Source: a virus. From it: a stretch of 64,000 nt of DNA. Of the stretch, positions 18,870 to 29,100 are shown in pieces. The notes under the pieces are model-generated. The model made no database searches and had not been told where the DNA came from. It was given only the letters and a program-made list of their open reading frames with translations. Position numbers and translations under genes: made by a program. Every line of letters begins with the position of its first letter. Within the stretch, counting starts at the first letter, position 1. The stretch covers positions 8,813-72,812 of IMG/VR virus record IMGVR_UViG_3300045119_000200, one strand, 5' to 3'.

Positions 18870-21800
18870 TGGAAATAAAGAAAACATTTGTCCAAGGGAA
18901 GATGAATTTTGATATTGATGAAAGATTACTTCCCGATGGTCAATACCCATATGCAGAAAATATTAGAGTTGCTACGACCGATGGATCAAACCTAGGCTCT
19001 GTTCAAAATATAGAAGGTAACACTCAAATGACAAGTTATTCATTAACTAACGCTTCTACTATAGGAGCGTTTGCTGATGGAGCAAGGTACAAAATTTATT
19101 GGTTGGTAACATCGGATGAAAAAGATATGGTTATCGAATTTGATACGCAAACCGAAATACCGACGGTTCTTTTAGAATCGAACAAACCAAACAGTGTTCT
19201 TAATTTTGATCCTAACTATTTAGTTACAGGAATGGTTAAGATTGTGAACGATGTTTATAATAAAAATTTGTTAGCTTGGACCGATGACAGAAATAATCCG
19301 AGATGTATTAACATCGAAAGAGCAAAAACTTATGGGCCGGATGGATTTGAAGAAGAAGACATTTGTTTAATCAAAATGCCACCGAAATATGCTTTGAAAA
19401 CTCAGCTTACTTATACGGCATCTTCTTTGGAAAATAATATGGAAGATAAGTTTCTTTCATTTTGTTACAGATATAAATATCTTGATGGAGAATATTCTGC
19501 TTTATCAACGTATACAAATTATCAATTTTCTCCAAAAGAGTTTGATTTAGATTATCAAACAATGGAGAACGAAGGAATGGTGAATTCATTTAATGCGGTT
19601 AAATTATTATTTGATACAGGAAGTAAAAGAGTTACTGATATCGAATTGATTTATAAAGAATCTAATTCGAATACTTTATATGTGATTCAAAGATTTAATA
19701 AAGCTGAAGAAGGATGGAATGATGACAGTGAACAATTTTTCGTTTTCGCTAATGATAAAAAGTATAAAGCACTTCCACCAGATGAATTATTTAGATCTTA
19801 CGATAACGTTCCCAGAGTTGCTAAAGCTTTAGATCTTATCGGGAACAGATTGGTGTTTGGTAATTATGTAGAAGGATACGATTTGGTTAATATCTATGGT
19901 GAGAATATTAGTTTGGATTACGATTTAGAAATAATATCTAATAAAATTGAAGGAAAAACTGTACCAATTACTTTGTTATCCAGTAGAGAAAATTTATCTT
20001 TTGATTTATCTGGTATTCAATTATTAAAAAACACGAGATTGAATTTTGTGTTAGAATTAGAAAACAGTGTTATAGATGGTGAATCGACAGCTGATGCAGA
20101 TTTTATATTAAACAGAGATTATGTTGACGCGAATGATTTAGCGAGTGATGCAGATTTTATATTGTTTGTCAATACTATTTTAACAAACAGATTTATTCAA
20201 AATTATACAGCAACACCGCCAGCTAATTCACAACCGCCTTCTGTAACAGGTATTTCAATAGTAAGTTCAACAGCGACAACAATTGTTTTCGATTCACCGA
20301 CGTTGACTTATACGATAGATGATACACCTAATGATCCTAATGATAATACTACTCATGACGAATCATTTAAATGGCAGTTTAAAAGTTCTTCTGTAATAAC
20401 TTTTGATAATATCGCTACAGCATCATCTCTTAAAACAAATAGGAGTTATGAAGTTGGAATGTTATATAGAGATAATTTTACCAGATGTACATCAGTATTA
20501 ACTTGTCCTGAGAATACAATATATGTTCCACAAGAACATTCTGTTGATCAAAACAAAATTAAAGTTACTGTAAATCATTTACCACCTAGCTGGGCAGATA
20601 CATATAAGTTTGTAGTTAAGCAGAATAAAGCCGAGTATCAAACAATTTATACCAATTTCTTTTATCAAGATGGTATTTACAGATGGATATTGCTAGAAGG
20701 TGCTAATAAAGATAAAGTTCATGAAGGAGATACGTTGATTGTTAAATCGGACATTAGTGGACCATTGAGCAAAATAATTAAAGTAAGAGTATTAGAAATC
20801 ACAACAAAAGAAGCTGATTTTATTCAAGATAATTTTGATGTAGATGGAAATCCTATTATTGAAGAAGCAGGGGTTTATATGAAAATAAAACCAGTTGGTT
20901 TTGATATGACTTTTGATGCAGCTACCTTTAGATTATTTCAAGGAAACAGAGCAGGGTTTTATCCGAATAGAGCATTCACAAGTCCTATTTTTGGTCAAAT
21001 TATAAACGGATCATTCGTTCCATATAAATTGAAATCCGGAAGTAGAGTAAGAATATACATATTGGTTATGAATACTTCTCTTAATGCTCAGGAGCAACAA
21101 ATTTATGATAAACGATTTAGAGTTCAGTCCGATTACAATAGTGTTAAGGAATGGTTTGATGCAGAAGTAGAAAACTTAGGAGATTTCGGAATTGATTATC
21201 TTTGGGATGGTATTGAAGACATAGGACCAAACACCACAACGAACGCTGGTTACGGTCAAGGAGATGCATTTAACAGAGGATCAGGATGGGACTTCACTTC
21301 GGATGGATCTCAATTTTGGGCAATGTATCATAAAAGAGCCGGTAACTTAGGTCAAGTATACGTTCTTCCAGTTAAGTTTGAAATATTCTTTTCAGAAGGA
21401 AATGTGATATTTGAAACAGAACCGGATGAAAGTGAATCGGATATTTATTATGAAACAGAACAGACTTTTGATATTGTTGATGGTAAGCATACAGGAAATT
21501 TAGTAAATCAGACCAACAGTCTTCCAGCGGAAGTAGAAATGGATTTCTTTAATTGCTATGTTCAGGGTAATGGTGCGGAAAGTTACAGATATAAAGATCA
21601 GTTCAACGGTAAGTATTTGAATATTGATTTACGTCCATCAACGACAACGATTGAAAAATATAGAGAAATCAGAAGATATGCAGATATGACTTATAGCGAA
21701 CCTTATTCTGCGAATACAAATATCAATGGTTTAAATGAATTTAATTTAGCGAAAGCGAATTACAAAGATGATTTAGACAAAAGATATGGATCAATTCAAA

Positions 21801-22579
21801 AACTTTTTGCTAGAGAATCAAACGTTCTCGTAATGCAAGAGGATAAAATTGGTCAGGTGTTCTACGGAAAAGATTTGTTATATAACGCAGATGGAAGTAG
21901 TAATTTAGCATCTATAGATCAAGTATTAGGAGAATGGAAACCATACCTTGGTGAATATGGAATTAGTAGAAATCCTGAAAGTTTTGTATTTGATGGATTT
22001 AATATTTATTTCACAGACGTTAAAAGAGGAGCGGTTATGAGATTGGCTGGAGATGGCATAAATGAAATTCCTTTTGGAATGAAGCAATTCTTTAAAACTC
22101 AATTTAGTAACGATGATGACACTGTTAAAAAAGGTGGTTATGATGCAAATTATGATGAATATTATCTTTATGATTCAGATGACGCTCTTATAAGACCTGA
22201 ACAAATTGATTGTGGTCAATCAATTACTAAAATTAATTTCAGAGAAGCTTTTGATTTAATGGTTAATTTTACACCGAATGAAGGACTGGCAGGTTTTTCT
22301 TTTGTAACGAATGGTAAGCCGGTTAAGTTTAAAATTAAATTTTCAAATTTTGAATTAGAAACAGGGTTTTATGGAGATCCATCTTACAATGATGAATTGA
22401 TAAATTTAGGTTATGAACCGGTTGTAGGAAATAGTTCAGATAATATAACATTTAATAAATCAAGATCGTTACCTGAAACAATAAATTCGAAAACGATGCC
22501 TTTGAGTATTGGGAAAATAACAGTTTTTTCTCCTTTCGAAAATGTAAATATAACACTAATAACAACTTGTCCTATATAG
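18869..22579 (+). CDS. tail stabilization/muzzle protein, N-terminal part
   Basis: F..GKMN.DIDERL.P.GQY..A.N; GNRLVFGNY; YGISRNPESF; FTD.KRGAV.RL. Confidence 0.75.
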   Translation: MEIKKTFVQGKMNFDIDERLLPDGQYPYAENIRVATTDGSNLGSVQNIEGNTQMTSYSLTNASTIGAFADGARYKIYWLVTSDEKDMVIEFDTQTEIPTVLLESNKPNSVLNFDPNYLVTGMVKIVNDVYNKNLLAWTDDRNNPRCINIERAKTYGPDGFEEEDICLIKMPPKYALKTQLTYTASSLENNMEDKFLSFCYRYKYLDGEYSALSTYTNYQFSPKEFDLDYQTMENEGMVNSFNAVKLLFDTGSKRVTDIELIYKESNSNTLYVIQRFNKAEEGWNDDSEQFFVFANDKKYKALPPDELFRSYDNVPRVAKALDLIGNRLVFGNYVEGYDLVNIYGENISLDYDLEIISNKIEGKTVPITLLSSRENLSFDLSGIQLLKNTRLNFVLELENSVIDGESTADADFILNRDYVDANDLASDADFILFVNTILTNRFIQNYTATPPANSQPPSVTGISIVSSTATTIVFDSPTLTYTIDDTPNDPNDNTTHDESFKWQFKSSSVITFDNIATASSLKTNRSYEVGMLYRDNFTRCTSVLTCPENTIYVPQEHSVDQNKIKVTVNHLPPSWADTYKFVVKQNKAEYQTIYTNFFYQDGIYRWILLEGANKDKVHEGDTLIVKSDISGPLSKIIKVRVLEITTKEADFIQDNFDVDGNPIIEEAGVYMKIKPVGFDMTFDAATFRLFQGNRAGFYPNRAFTSPIFGQIINGSFVPYKLKSGSRVRIYILVMNTSLNAQEQQIYDKRFRVQSDYNSVKEWFDAEVENLGDFGIDYLWDGIEDIGPNTTTNAGYGQGDAFNRGSGWDFTSDGSQFWAMYHKRAGNLGQVYVLPVKFEIFFSEGNVIFETEPDESESDIYYETEQTFDIVDGKHTGNLVNQTNSLPAEVEMDFFNCYVQGNGAESYRYKDQFNGKYLNIDLRPSTTTIEKYREIRRYADMTYSEPYSANTNINGLNEFNLAKANYKDDLDKRYGSIQKLFARESNVLVMQEDKIGQVFYGKDLLYNADGSSNLASIDQVLGEWKPYLGEYGISRNPESFVFDGFNIYFTDVKRGAVMRLAGDGINEIPFGMKQFFKTQFSNDDDTVKKGGYDANYDEYYLYDSDDALIRPEQIDCGQSITKINFREAFDLMVNFTPNEGLAGFSFVTNGKPVKFKIKFSNFELETGFYGDPSYNDELINLGYEPVVGNSSDNITFNKSRSLPETINSKTMPLSIGKITVFSPFENVNITLITTCPI

Positions 22580-22588
22580 GATTTAAAT

Positions 22589-23341
22589 ATGGAAAATAAT
22601 AGATATGTAATATCTTTCAATGAGGATATAAAAGGATGGACATCGTTTCATCCTTTTGTTCCTGATTGGATGATTAGCATGAATAGTCAATTTTATAGTT
22701 TTAAGAACGGAAACTTATATAAACATTTTGACCCTGCTGCACCAAGAAATACTTTTTATGGAATAGAATATCCATCGAAAATATCTGTGATGGTTAATGC
22801 AAGTCCTTCTGTAATTAAAGAATTGCAAGTAGTTGGATTAGAAGGAAATTTACCATGGGATATGATTATCACAGCTTATGTATCAGACGTTGAGGATTTC
22901 ATTTCATCAACAATTGATGCCTCAGAATTTGAAAAAGATGAAGGTTTGTGGTCAACTTACGCAAGACGTAATGAAGATGCGAATCAAACAGATTCATCTG
23001 CTGTCTATGGAATCGGAAGAGTAAATAATATTTCTGGCACGACTATTGTAGTAAATGGCTTTAGTGATGTTATTACGATCGGAGATAAATTGTTTAATGT
23101 TAATTTAGATTTGATCGGAACAATTCAAAGTCATTCAAGAGTTGGAAATGAAACTACAATTGTTTTAAATACTGTGAATAACTTATCTACAACAGATTTT
23201 GTTTTAGGAGGTAAAGATGTAAGAATTGAAGGTGGGAATTTACGTGGTTATACAATAAGATTTGACCTAGAAATCAATTCTACTCAACGTGCTGAACTCT
23301 TCGCTTTAAACGCAGAAGTGATAAAAAGTTTCCAATCATAA
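22589..23341 (+). CDS. tail muzzle C-terminal part/companion
   Basis: SF.E..KGWTSF..F.P..M......YSFK.G.LY.H, RNTFYG, LRGY. Confidence 0.6.
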   Translation: MENNRYVISFNEDIKGWTSFHPFVPDWMISMNSQFYSFKNGNLYKHFDPAAPRNTFYGIEYPSKISVMVNASPSVIKELQVVGLEGNLPWDMIITAYVSDVEDFISSTIDASEFEKDEGLWSTYARRNEDANQTDSSAVYGIGRVNNISGTTIVVNGFSDVITIGDKLFNVNLDLIGTIQSHSRVGNETTIVLNTVNNLSTTDFVLGGKDVRIEGGNLRGYTIRFDLEINSTQRAELFALNAEVIKSFQS

Positions 23342-23347
23342 GGAAAT

Positions 23348-23361
23348 TTTCAGTATCTTTG
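23348..23361 (+). promoter_or_regulatory. -7 promoter of ejection-protein operon
   Basis: intergenic TATCTTTG. Confidence 0.6.
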
Positions 23362-23381
23362 TATAATTAAAATTTATTAAA

Positions 23382-23774
23382 ATGAAAACAGTAAGATATA
23401 GAACTGTAGATATTTATCAAAAGGTTTGCAACTGGTGGAAAGCACATGGTTTTCCAGTTTTACCAGTTGATTTCCTTCCATTTGAAGGATATATAATCTC
23501 TGATAACGATGTAGAACTTTATGCAGTTTTCTTATATGTCACAGATTCAGCATTGTGTTGGTTAACTTTTCCGGTTTCAAATCCGAAAGCGACATATGAA
23601 CAGAAGCAAGGAGCAATGGAACAATTGTTCAAAGACGTAGCAGAGGATGCTAAGTCAGAAGGATTTAAATTTATGTTCACAACATCACCTTTACCGAGAG
23701 TACAAGAAGCATTGATTAATTCAGGTTTTGAATTAGGTGATCAGAACGTTAATCATTATATGAAATTAATATGA
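23382..23774 (+). CDS. GNAT-fold protein
   Basis: 130 aa with AKSEGFKFMFT...L...GF pattern; precedes ejection proteins as in podoviruses. Confidence 0.55.
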   Translation: MKTVRYRTVDIYQKVCNWWKAHGFPVLPVDFLPFEGYIISDNDVELYAVFLYVTDSALCWLTFPVSNPKATYEQKQGAMEQLFKDVAEDAKSEGFKFMFTTSPLPRVQEALINSGFELGDQNVNHYMKLI

Positions 23775-24526
23775 TAGCAACAGCAGTATTAGCGGCAGGA
23801 TCACTGGCTATGGGAGTAGCAGGAGGAATCTCCAAACAGAAAGAAGGTCGTAGAATGCAACAAGAAGCACAAAGACAAATTGATGCTTTTAAATGGCAAG
23901 AGTTACAAAACCCTTATAAAAATATGCAGGTTAGTACTCTTGCAGCAGATCTTCAAAGAGAAGAAGCAGATGTAACAGAAGCAGGAATGATAGATTCGCT
24001 TCAAACAGCTGGTAACAGAGCGATGGTCGGATCAGTTGGTAAAGTTCAAGCTAATGCAAATACTCTTAATAGAGAAATTGCAACAAACTTAGATGAACAA
24101 CAAAAAGCAATTGATAGAGCAGCGGCTCAACAAGACATTAATAATCAATCTGTAATCGAAGGAAGACAACAACAAGAATTAGCCGGATACGGACAACAAT
24201 TAAATGTCGGTATGGGAATGAAATATCAAGGTCAAGCAGATGTCGTTAATGGTATTGCATCGGCCGGTCAAGCGATAGGTGCTTATAGTAAAGCTGGAAC
24301 AGGCGCGGCAGCAACAGATACTTCTCAAATGGGAGGAGGGAATTTTCAACAATTCGATTTCAGTAAATATACTGATCCGAATTATTCTGGGGCGATGGCT
24401 TATGGAGTAGGACAAAAAGTAAATGAACTTGTTGGATCAATATCAAATAGTCCAGATTATGCCAAAGTCTACGGAACAAGTTCTTTCGGAATGGGACAAG
24501 GTATGGGATTTGGTTTAAGTTATTAA
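23771..24526 (+). CDS. ejection (internal virion) protein 1
   Basis: A/G-rich hydrophobic N-terminus, Q/A-rich helices. Confidence 0.65.
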   Translation: MIATAVLAAGSLAMGVAGGISKQKEGRRMQQEAQRQIDAFKWQELQNPYKNMQVSTLAADLQREEADVTEAGMIDSLQTAGNRAMVGSVGKVQANANTLNREIATNLDEQQKAIDRAAAQQDINNQSVIEGRQQQELAGYGQQLNVGMGMKYQGQADVVNGIASAGQAIGAYSKAGTGAAATDTSQMGGGNFQQFDFSKYTDPNYSGAMAYGVGQKVNELVGSISNSPDYAKVYGTSSFGMGQGMGFGLSY

Positions 24527-24538
24527 TAAAATATAAAT

Positions 24539-26107
24539 ATGGCAGGACAAGGAGGAGGGGCCGCTTATCAGAGATTAACAACACCTGATGACGGTCTTTC
24601 TCGTTCTCTACAATATTGGGGAGGTTTGTATAATCAACAGGCTCAACAAAACAGAGAAAGAGAAGATAAAGAAAAAATTCGTAAACAGAAAGAAGTTTCT
24701 GACTGGGAAGAAAAGAACCAAGTTAACTACGATGATTTTAAACAAACGATTACCGGTTACAACACTTATGATGACGTAGGACGTTCATATGCTCAAAAAG
24801 CTATGGATGCATATGTTGAGCAATACAATAAAGCTGAAGAAGCAATGAAAAACGGAAAGACTAAAGAGATGCAGTCATACCGAAATAATATGCTTAAGAT
24901 CAAAGGAACTTTTGGTCAAATCAAAGATATGAACGTTGCTCTTTCAAAACGTAATGCTGAATATGAAGATCTTGTTGCTAAAGGAAAAATGTCCGGAGTT
25001 GATAAAGATACTTGGGAAGCACAGAATTACGCGCTACTTGGTAAGAACATGGATATTGGTTTAGATCAAAACTTTAATCCGGTTGTAAAAGGTATCACGA
25101 ATTTAGATGATCCTAACGGTCAAGAATCTCCGTTTGAAATTCCATATAACCAAATGGTTAACGGAAATTGGAGAGCGTATCAACGTCAAGAACTTGTAGG
25201 TAAGGATGGGTTAATACCAACCGTACTTGGAACAATCGGAACATATGAAGAAGTGAAACGTAAAAATGGAAATATTATTACTTCTAATCTTTGGACTGAT
25301 AATATGACTCAAGCCACTAAATCATTGATTAATCCGATGGTTAAGTCAGATGAAGTAATGGCAGACTTAACAAATCAATTTGATCCATCAAGTAAGAAAA
25401 GAACAGGATTTACTGACGAAGAAAGAAATGCTATGACTGATAAACTTTCAGGAATGGTTCAAGATAGTTTTAAAGAAAAATATAAAGAAGAGTGGGATAA
25501 AGATTACGCTGCACTTCAGGAAACCAAACGTCATAATAAATCGAATGAAGATATCGGTAGATCAAATGCAGCATCAAACAAACAACGTGCTGATAACGAT
25601 TCGAAACGTACAGCAGTATATGGTTATCGTGCTAAGACCGATCGTATTAAAGCTGAGAATGAAAGAGAAAGAAATACTCCGGATCTTAAAATCGGTACAG
25701 CTTGGGTTGACAAAGTTAAGATAGACGGTAAATATCAAAATGTTCCGATGAAAAATTATCAAGTGTTCACAAAAGATAATGTGGTACAACCGATTATCCT
25801 TGGTGCAACAAAAGATAAAGACGGAAACACCATTGTAACAAAAGCTTCTTCAGTTGACGTATCATCTGATGGAACTTTAATGAGATTACAAATTGAAGGT
25901 CGTAAAGAACCGATGTATATTTCCAGAAAAGGAAACACACAGTCAAAAGCATTATTTGAGAAAATCGAAACTCAATTAGGTGACAGAGACGTAAAAGAAG
26001 TTAATTTATTCGGAGCGGAGAATACAAGTCCGATCCAATCAAGTAAGCCGACTAAAAATAAAAAAATGACTGTACAAGAAATACAGAATAAATATAATAT
26101 AAATTAA
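24539..26107 (+). CDS. ejection protein 2
   Basis: synteny, coiled N-terminus, ETKRHN motif. Confidence 0.55.
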   Translation: MAGQGGGAAYQRLTTPDDGLSRSLQYWGGLYNQQAQQNREREDKEKIRKQKEVSDWEEKNQVNYDDFKQTITGYNTYDDVGRSYAQKAMDAYVEQYNKAEEAMKNGKTKEMQSYRNNMLKIKGTFGQIKDMNVALSKRNAEYEDLVAKGKMSGVDKDTWEAQNYALLGKNMDIGLDQNFNPVVKGITNLDDPNGQESPFEIPYNQMVNGNWRAYQRQELVGKDGLIPTVLGTIGTYEEVKRKNGNIITSNLWTDNMTQATKSLINPMVKSDEVMADLTNQFDPSSKKRTGFTDEERNAMTDKLSGMVQDSFKEKYKEEWDKDYAALQETKRHNKSNEDIGRSNAASNKQRADNDSKRTAVYGYRAKTDRIKAENERERNTPDLKIGTAWVDKVKIDGKYQNVPMKNYQVFTKDNVVQPIILGATKDKDGNTIVTKASSVDVSSDGTLMRLQIEGRKEPMYISRKGNTQSKALFEKIETQLGDRDVKEVNLFGAENTSPIQSSKPTKNKKMTVQEIQNKYNIN

Positions 26108-26111
26108 AATA

Positions 26112-29100
26112 ATGGACGAATTTAATGAACAAGTAAATCCAACAGATAATGCTACTCCTAATCAGAGTGGCATTTCTGGTAATGGAGAAGATCCTAAATT
26201 AAATCCGAAGGATAAAGAAAGGTTAACAAAGGCTGTTATGCAAATGACAAATGATGGTATCGATGATGAAACTATTAAAAAGGCCGTATCTAATTTTAAA
26301 AATAAATATGGAATCAAACCAGCTGCTACACCAAAACCTGTTGAAACAAAACCAGTAGGTGCAACAGCTGTTTCCGAACCTATTCAAAAACCAACCACAC
26401 AACCTAATCCAGAACAGCCTGAAATTGGGGGTACAGTTTCACCAAAAACCGACTCAAATCCTAAAGAGGTAGGTAAACCTACACTTGAAGTTGGAGAGGT
26501 CAAAAGCGAAGGAATTGTGCCAGAACGTCCAACGACTTATCAAGGGCTTCCGATTACTTATGGAGAAACTGATGATAGTGGTGTTGTAGATTTTGGAAAC
26601 GGAATTAATTTACCAGCTTCAGTTCTTCCTAAAGAAGAAAAAGCACAACCTGTTATTCGTGTTGCTGAATATATTTCTTCCCTTGGTCCAGATGGTAAAC
26701 AACCGGTTGACATAACTGGTCAAACAATTACCAAAGATGCTGAGAACAAGATGTATGAAGATTGGCAGACGAAAGGTTGGGGTAAGATTGTTAAGACTGA
26801 TGAAAACACAGGTCGTTTCATTTTTGCTCCAAATGAAGAAGGTAGAGATAAGATCAAAAAAGTTTATGAGGAACAGCTTGGTTACAACAAACCGATGAAA
26901 GAAGAGGAAGGCGATTTCCTTGGTGAATATGCTGCTGACATCCATAAAAAATACGGAGTCCTTCTTACCAATGAAGATCGTGCGAAGCTTGGAACAAAAG
27001 AAGGGAGAGATTCCCTTGAAATTGATCTTCAGGCTAAACAACTGGTTAAAAACAATCCGAACCTTTCTTATGATCAAGCATGGGATCAAGTTGCCAACGA
27101 ATATTCTATTAATTCAAATGAAACAAGTCGTGATCTTGCTTCCAATTTCTTTTATGAAAGATTAACTCAAATGAGATGGGGGAAGGATGAAGATACTAAA
27201 GATGAAGCTGAATGGATTAAAAGTACGATGGGTAATCAGGATATGATGCAACAGTTCGGTCAATTCTTGCAATCCGATGAAGGAAAAGCATATTCAACTT
27301 CTACGAATAAGTTCTTATCCACTATGAATCAGAAGGATATGAAGGATGTTGTGAATGCTTTCTTCCAATATGAGAACAAACAGAATATGATCAATACTCA
27401 GGCCAACATCGAACAATATAAAGATACTCAGGCTAAATTGGTAAATTCTGCTAAATCTGGAAATGTTGATGAAGCAAGACAAGTTCTTCAGTCTCTTAAT
27501 GAATCTGGTGAAAAAATTCGTAGTAATGATACTCAGGCCCAAAACCTTTTCTTACAACAACAAGCTATCAACGGAGTTTTCACCGAAGCGAATTATTGGG
27601 AAGATAAAGCTGGTGAATATTATGGAGACGTTGAAAATGGAAAACGTACTGTAGAAAATGTGATCAACGGATCTTCTCTTATGGCGACCAACGCTGTTAA
27701 AAGAACTGCCGGAGGAATTCTTTCTGTGTTCTTGTCACCAATGACAATGATGGGAGATGAAAATAAACAGGATTATTACGACCTTGTTCGAGCAATGGGT
27801 AAACCGTTGGAAATGAAAGGTGTGAAACTTCATGATGCTTTTTATTCTCAGGAAGTCGGTAAGGACAAAAATGGAATTGAATACGTTCGTCTTGACGATG
27901 GTAAAGTTTATCAACGTACTGAAGATGGACAAATGCAATATCTTACTAAAGAAGAATATGATCTTAATGATATTAAGTTTGATAAAACAGAACATGAATG
28001 GAGTACTACAGGTATAGCCAACGCTGTTCAATCATTTGGATGGGATGTTTACATGGCCGGTGGAATCGGAAACGTTGTGACTAAACCAATCGCAGCATTA
28101 TCTGAGTATGCAGCTGTAGCAAATGCAACTAAGAACTTAGCCAGAGCCGGTGTAGCCATCGGTGAAGAATCTGCTGTAACAAGAGGTTTAGCTAATTTCA
28201 CAAGAGCAATGAGATCTCCTCATACAGCTACGAATGCAGGTTTCTTCACTCAGATGTATCAGGATAATTTGATCAAAGCAAAAGATGCTGGAATTGAATC
28301 TGACCTTGGTGCATCAATGTATGCAACTTTAAATTCAGCTTTTGATTCATTCTTGATTTCAAAAGTTGTTCCGGAGTTTAAAATGGGACAATTGAATAAC
28401 CAAGTAAGAGCGATCACAAGAAATCTTGCTGAGAACAAAATGGCTTCAGCTTCCCAAGGAATGTATAACTTCCTGAAAGAAACCGCTCCGAACATGGCTC
28501 ATACTTATTTGACCATGTTGGCAATTGAAACCAAAACAAAGTTGACAGATACTAATTTGAATACTTTGACAGATGCTCATTTTAACGTAGATAATTCAGA
28601 AAGTATTTTTGCTTCATCTGCTAAAGGAGCGTTACCATTGGTGCTTTTCTCTATGATCAGCAAATCTCCAATGATGATGCGAAACAAAGCTGTGTTGAAT
28701 GAACAACTTGTCGATTTATCGAAAATGGATAAAGATCAGATCATGGTGAGTTTAGCAAGACAAGGAGATCATATCTTCCCGTTATTGAAGAACGAAGCAC
28801 AAAATGCATATTTTAAATCTTATGGTGATGAAGTAAATAACATCGCTGATAGAATTAAAGAAAAACAGGTATTGATTCAGAAAATTCCGAACTATGAAAA
28901 ATATAGTGATAAGGATCTTACTGATATGACCGATTTAATGGAACTTAAACAGAAAAAGCAAACTGAGATTGATAATGCTGATGGTGCTTTTAAAAGTTCT
29001 TTAAACAAAGATATTAAAAATATTGATTTACAAATTGAAGAAATAGCAAATGGAAAAACAGGCACCAGTACCAAGACCGGATCTGAAAAAGGTCCTGCGG

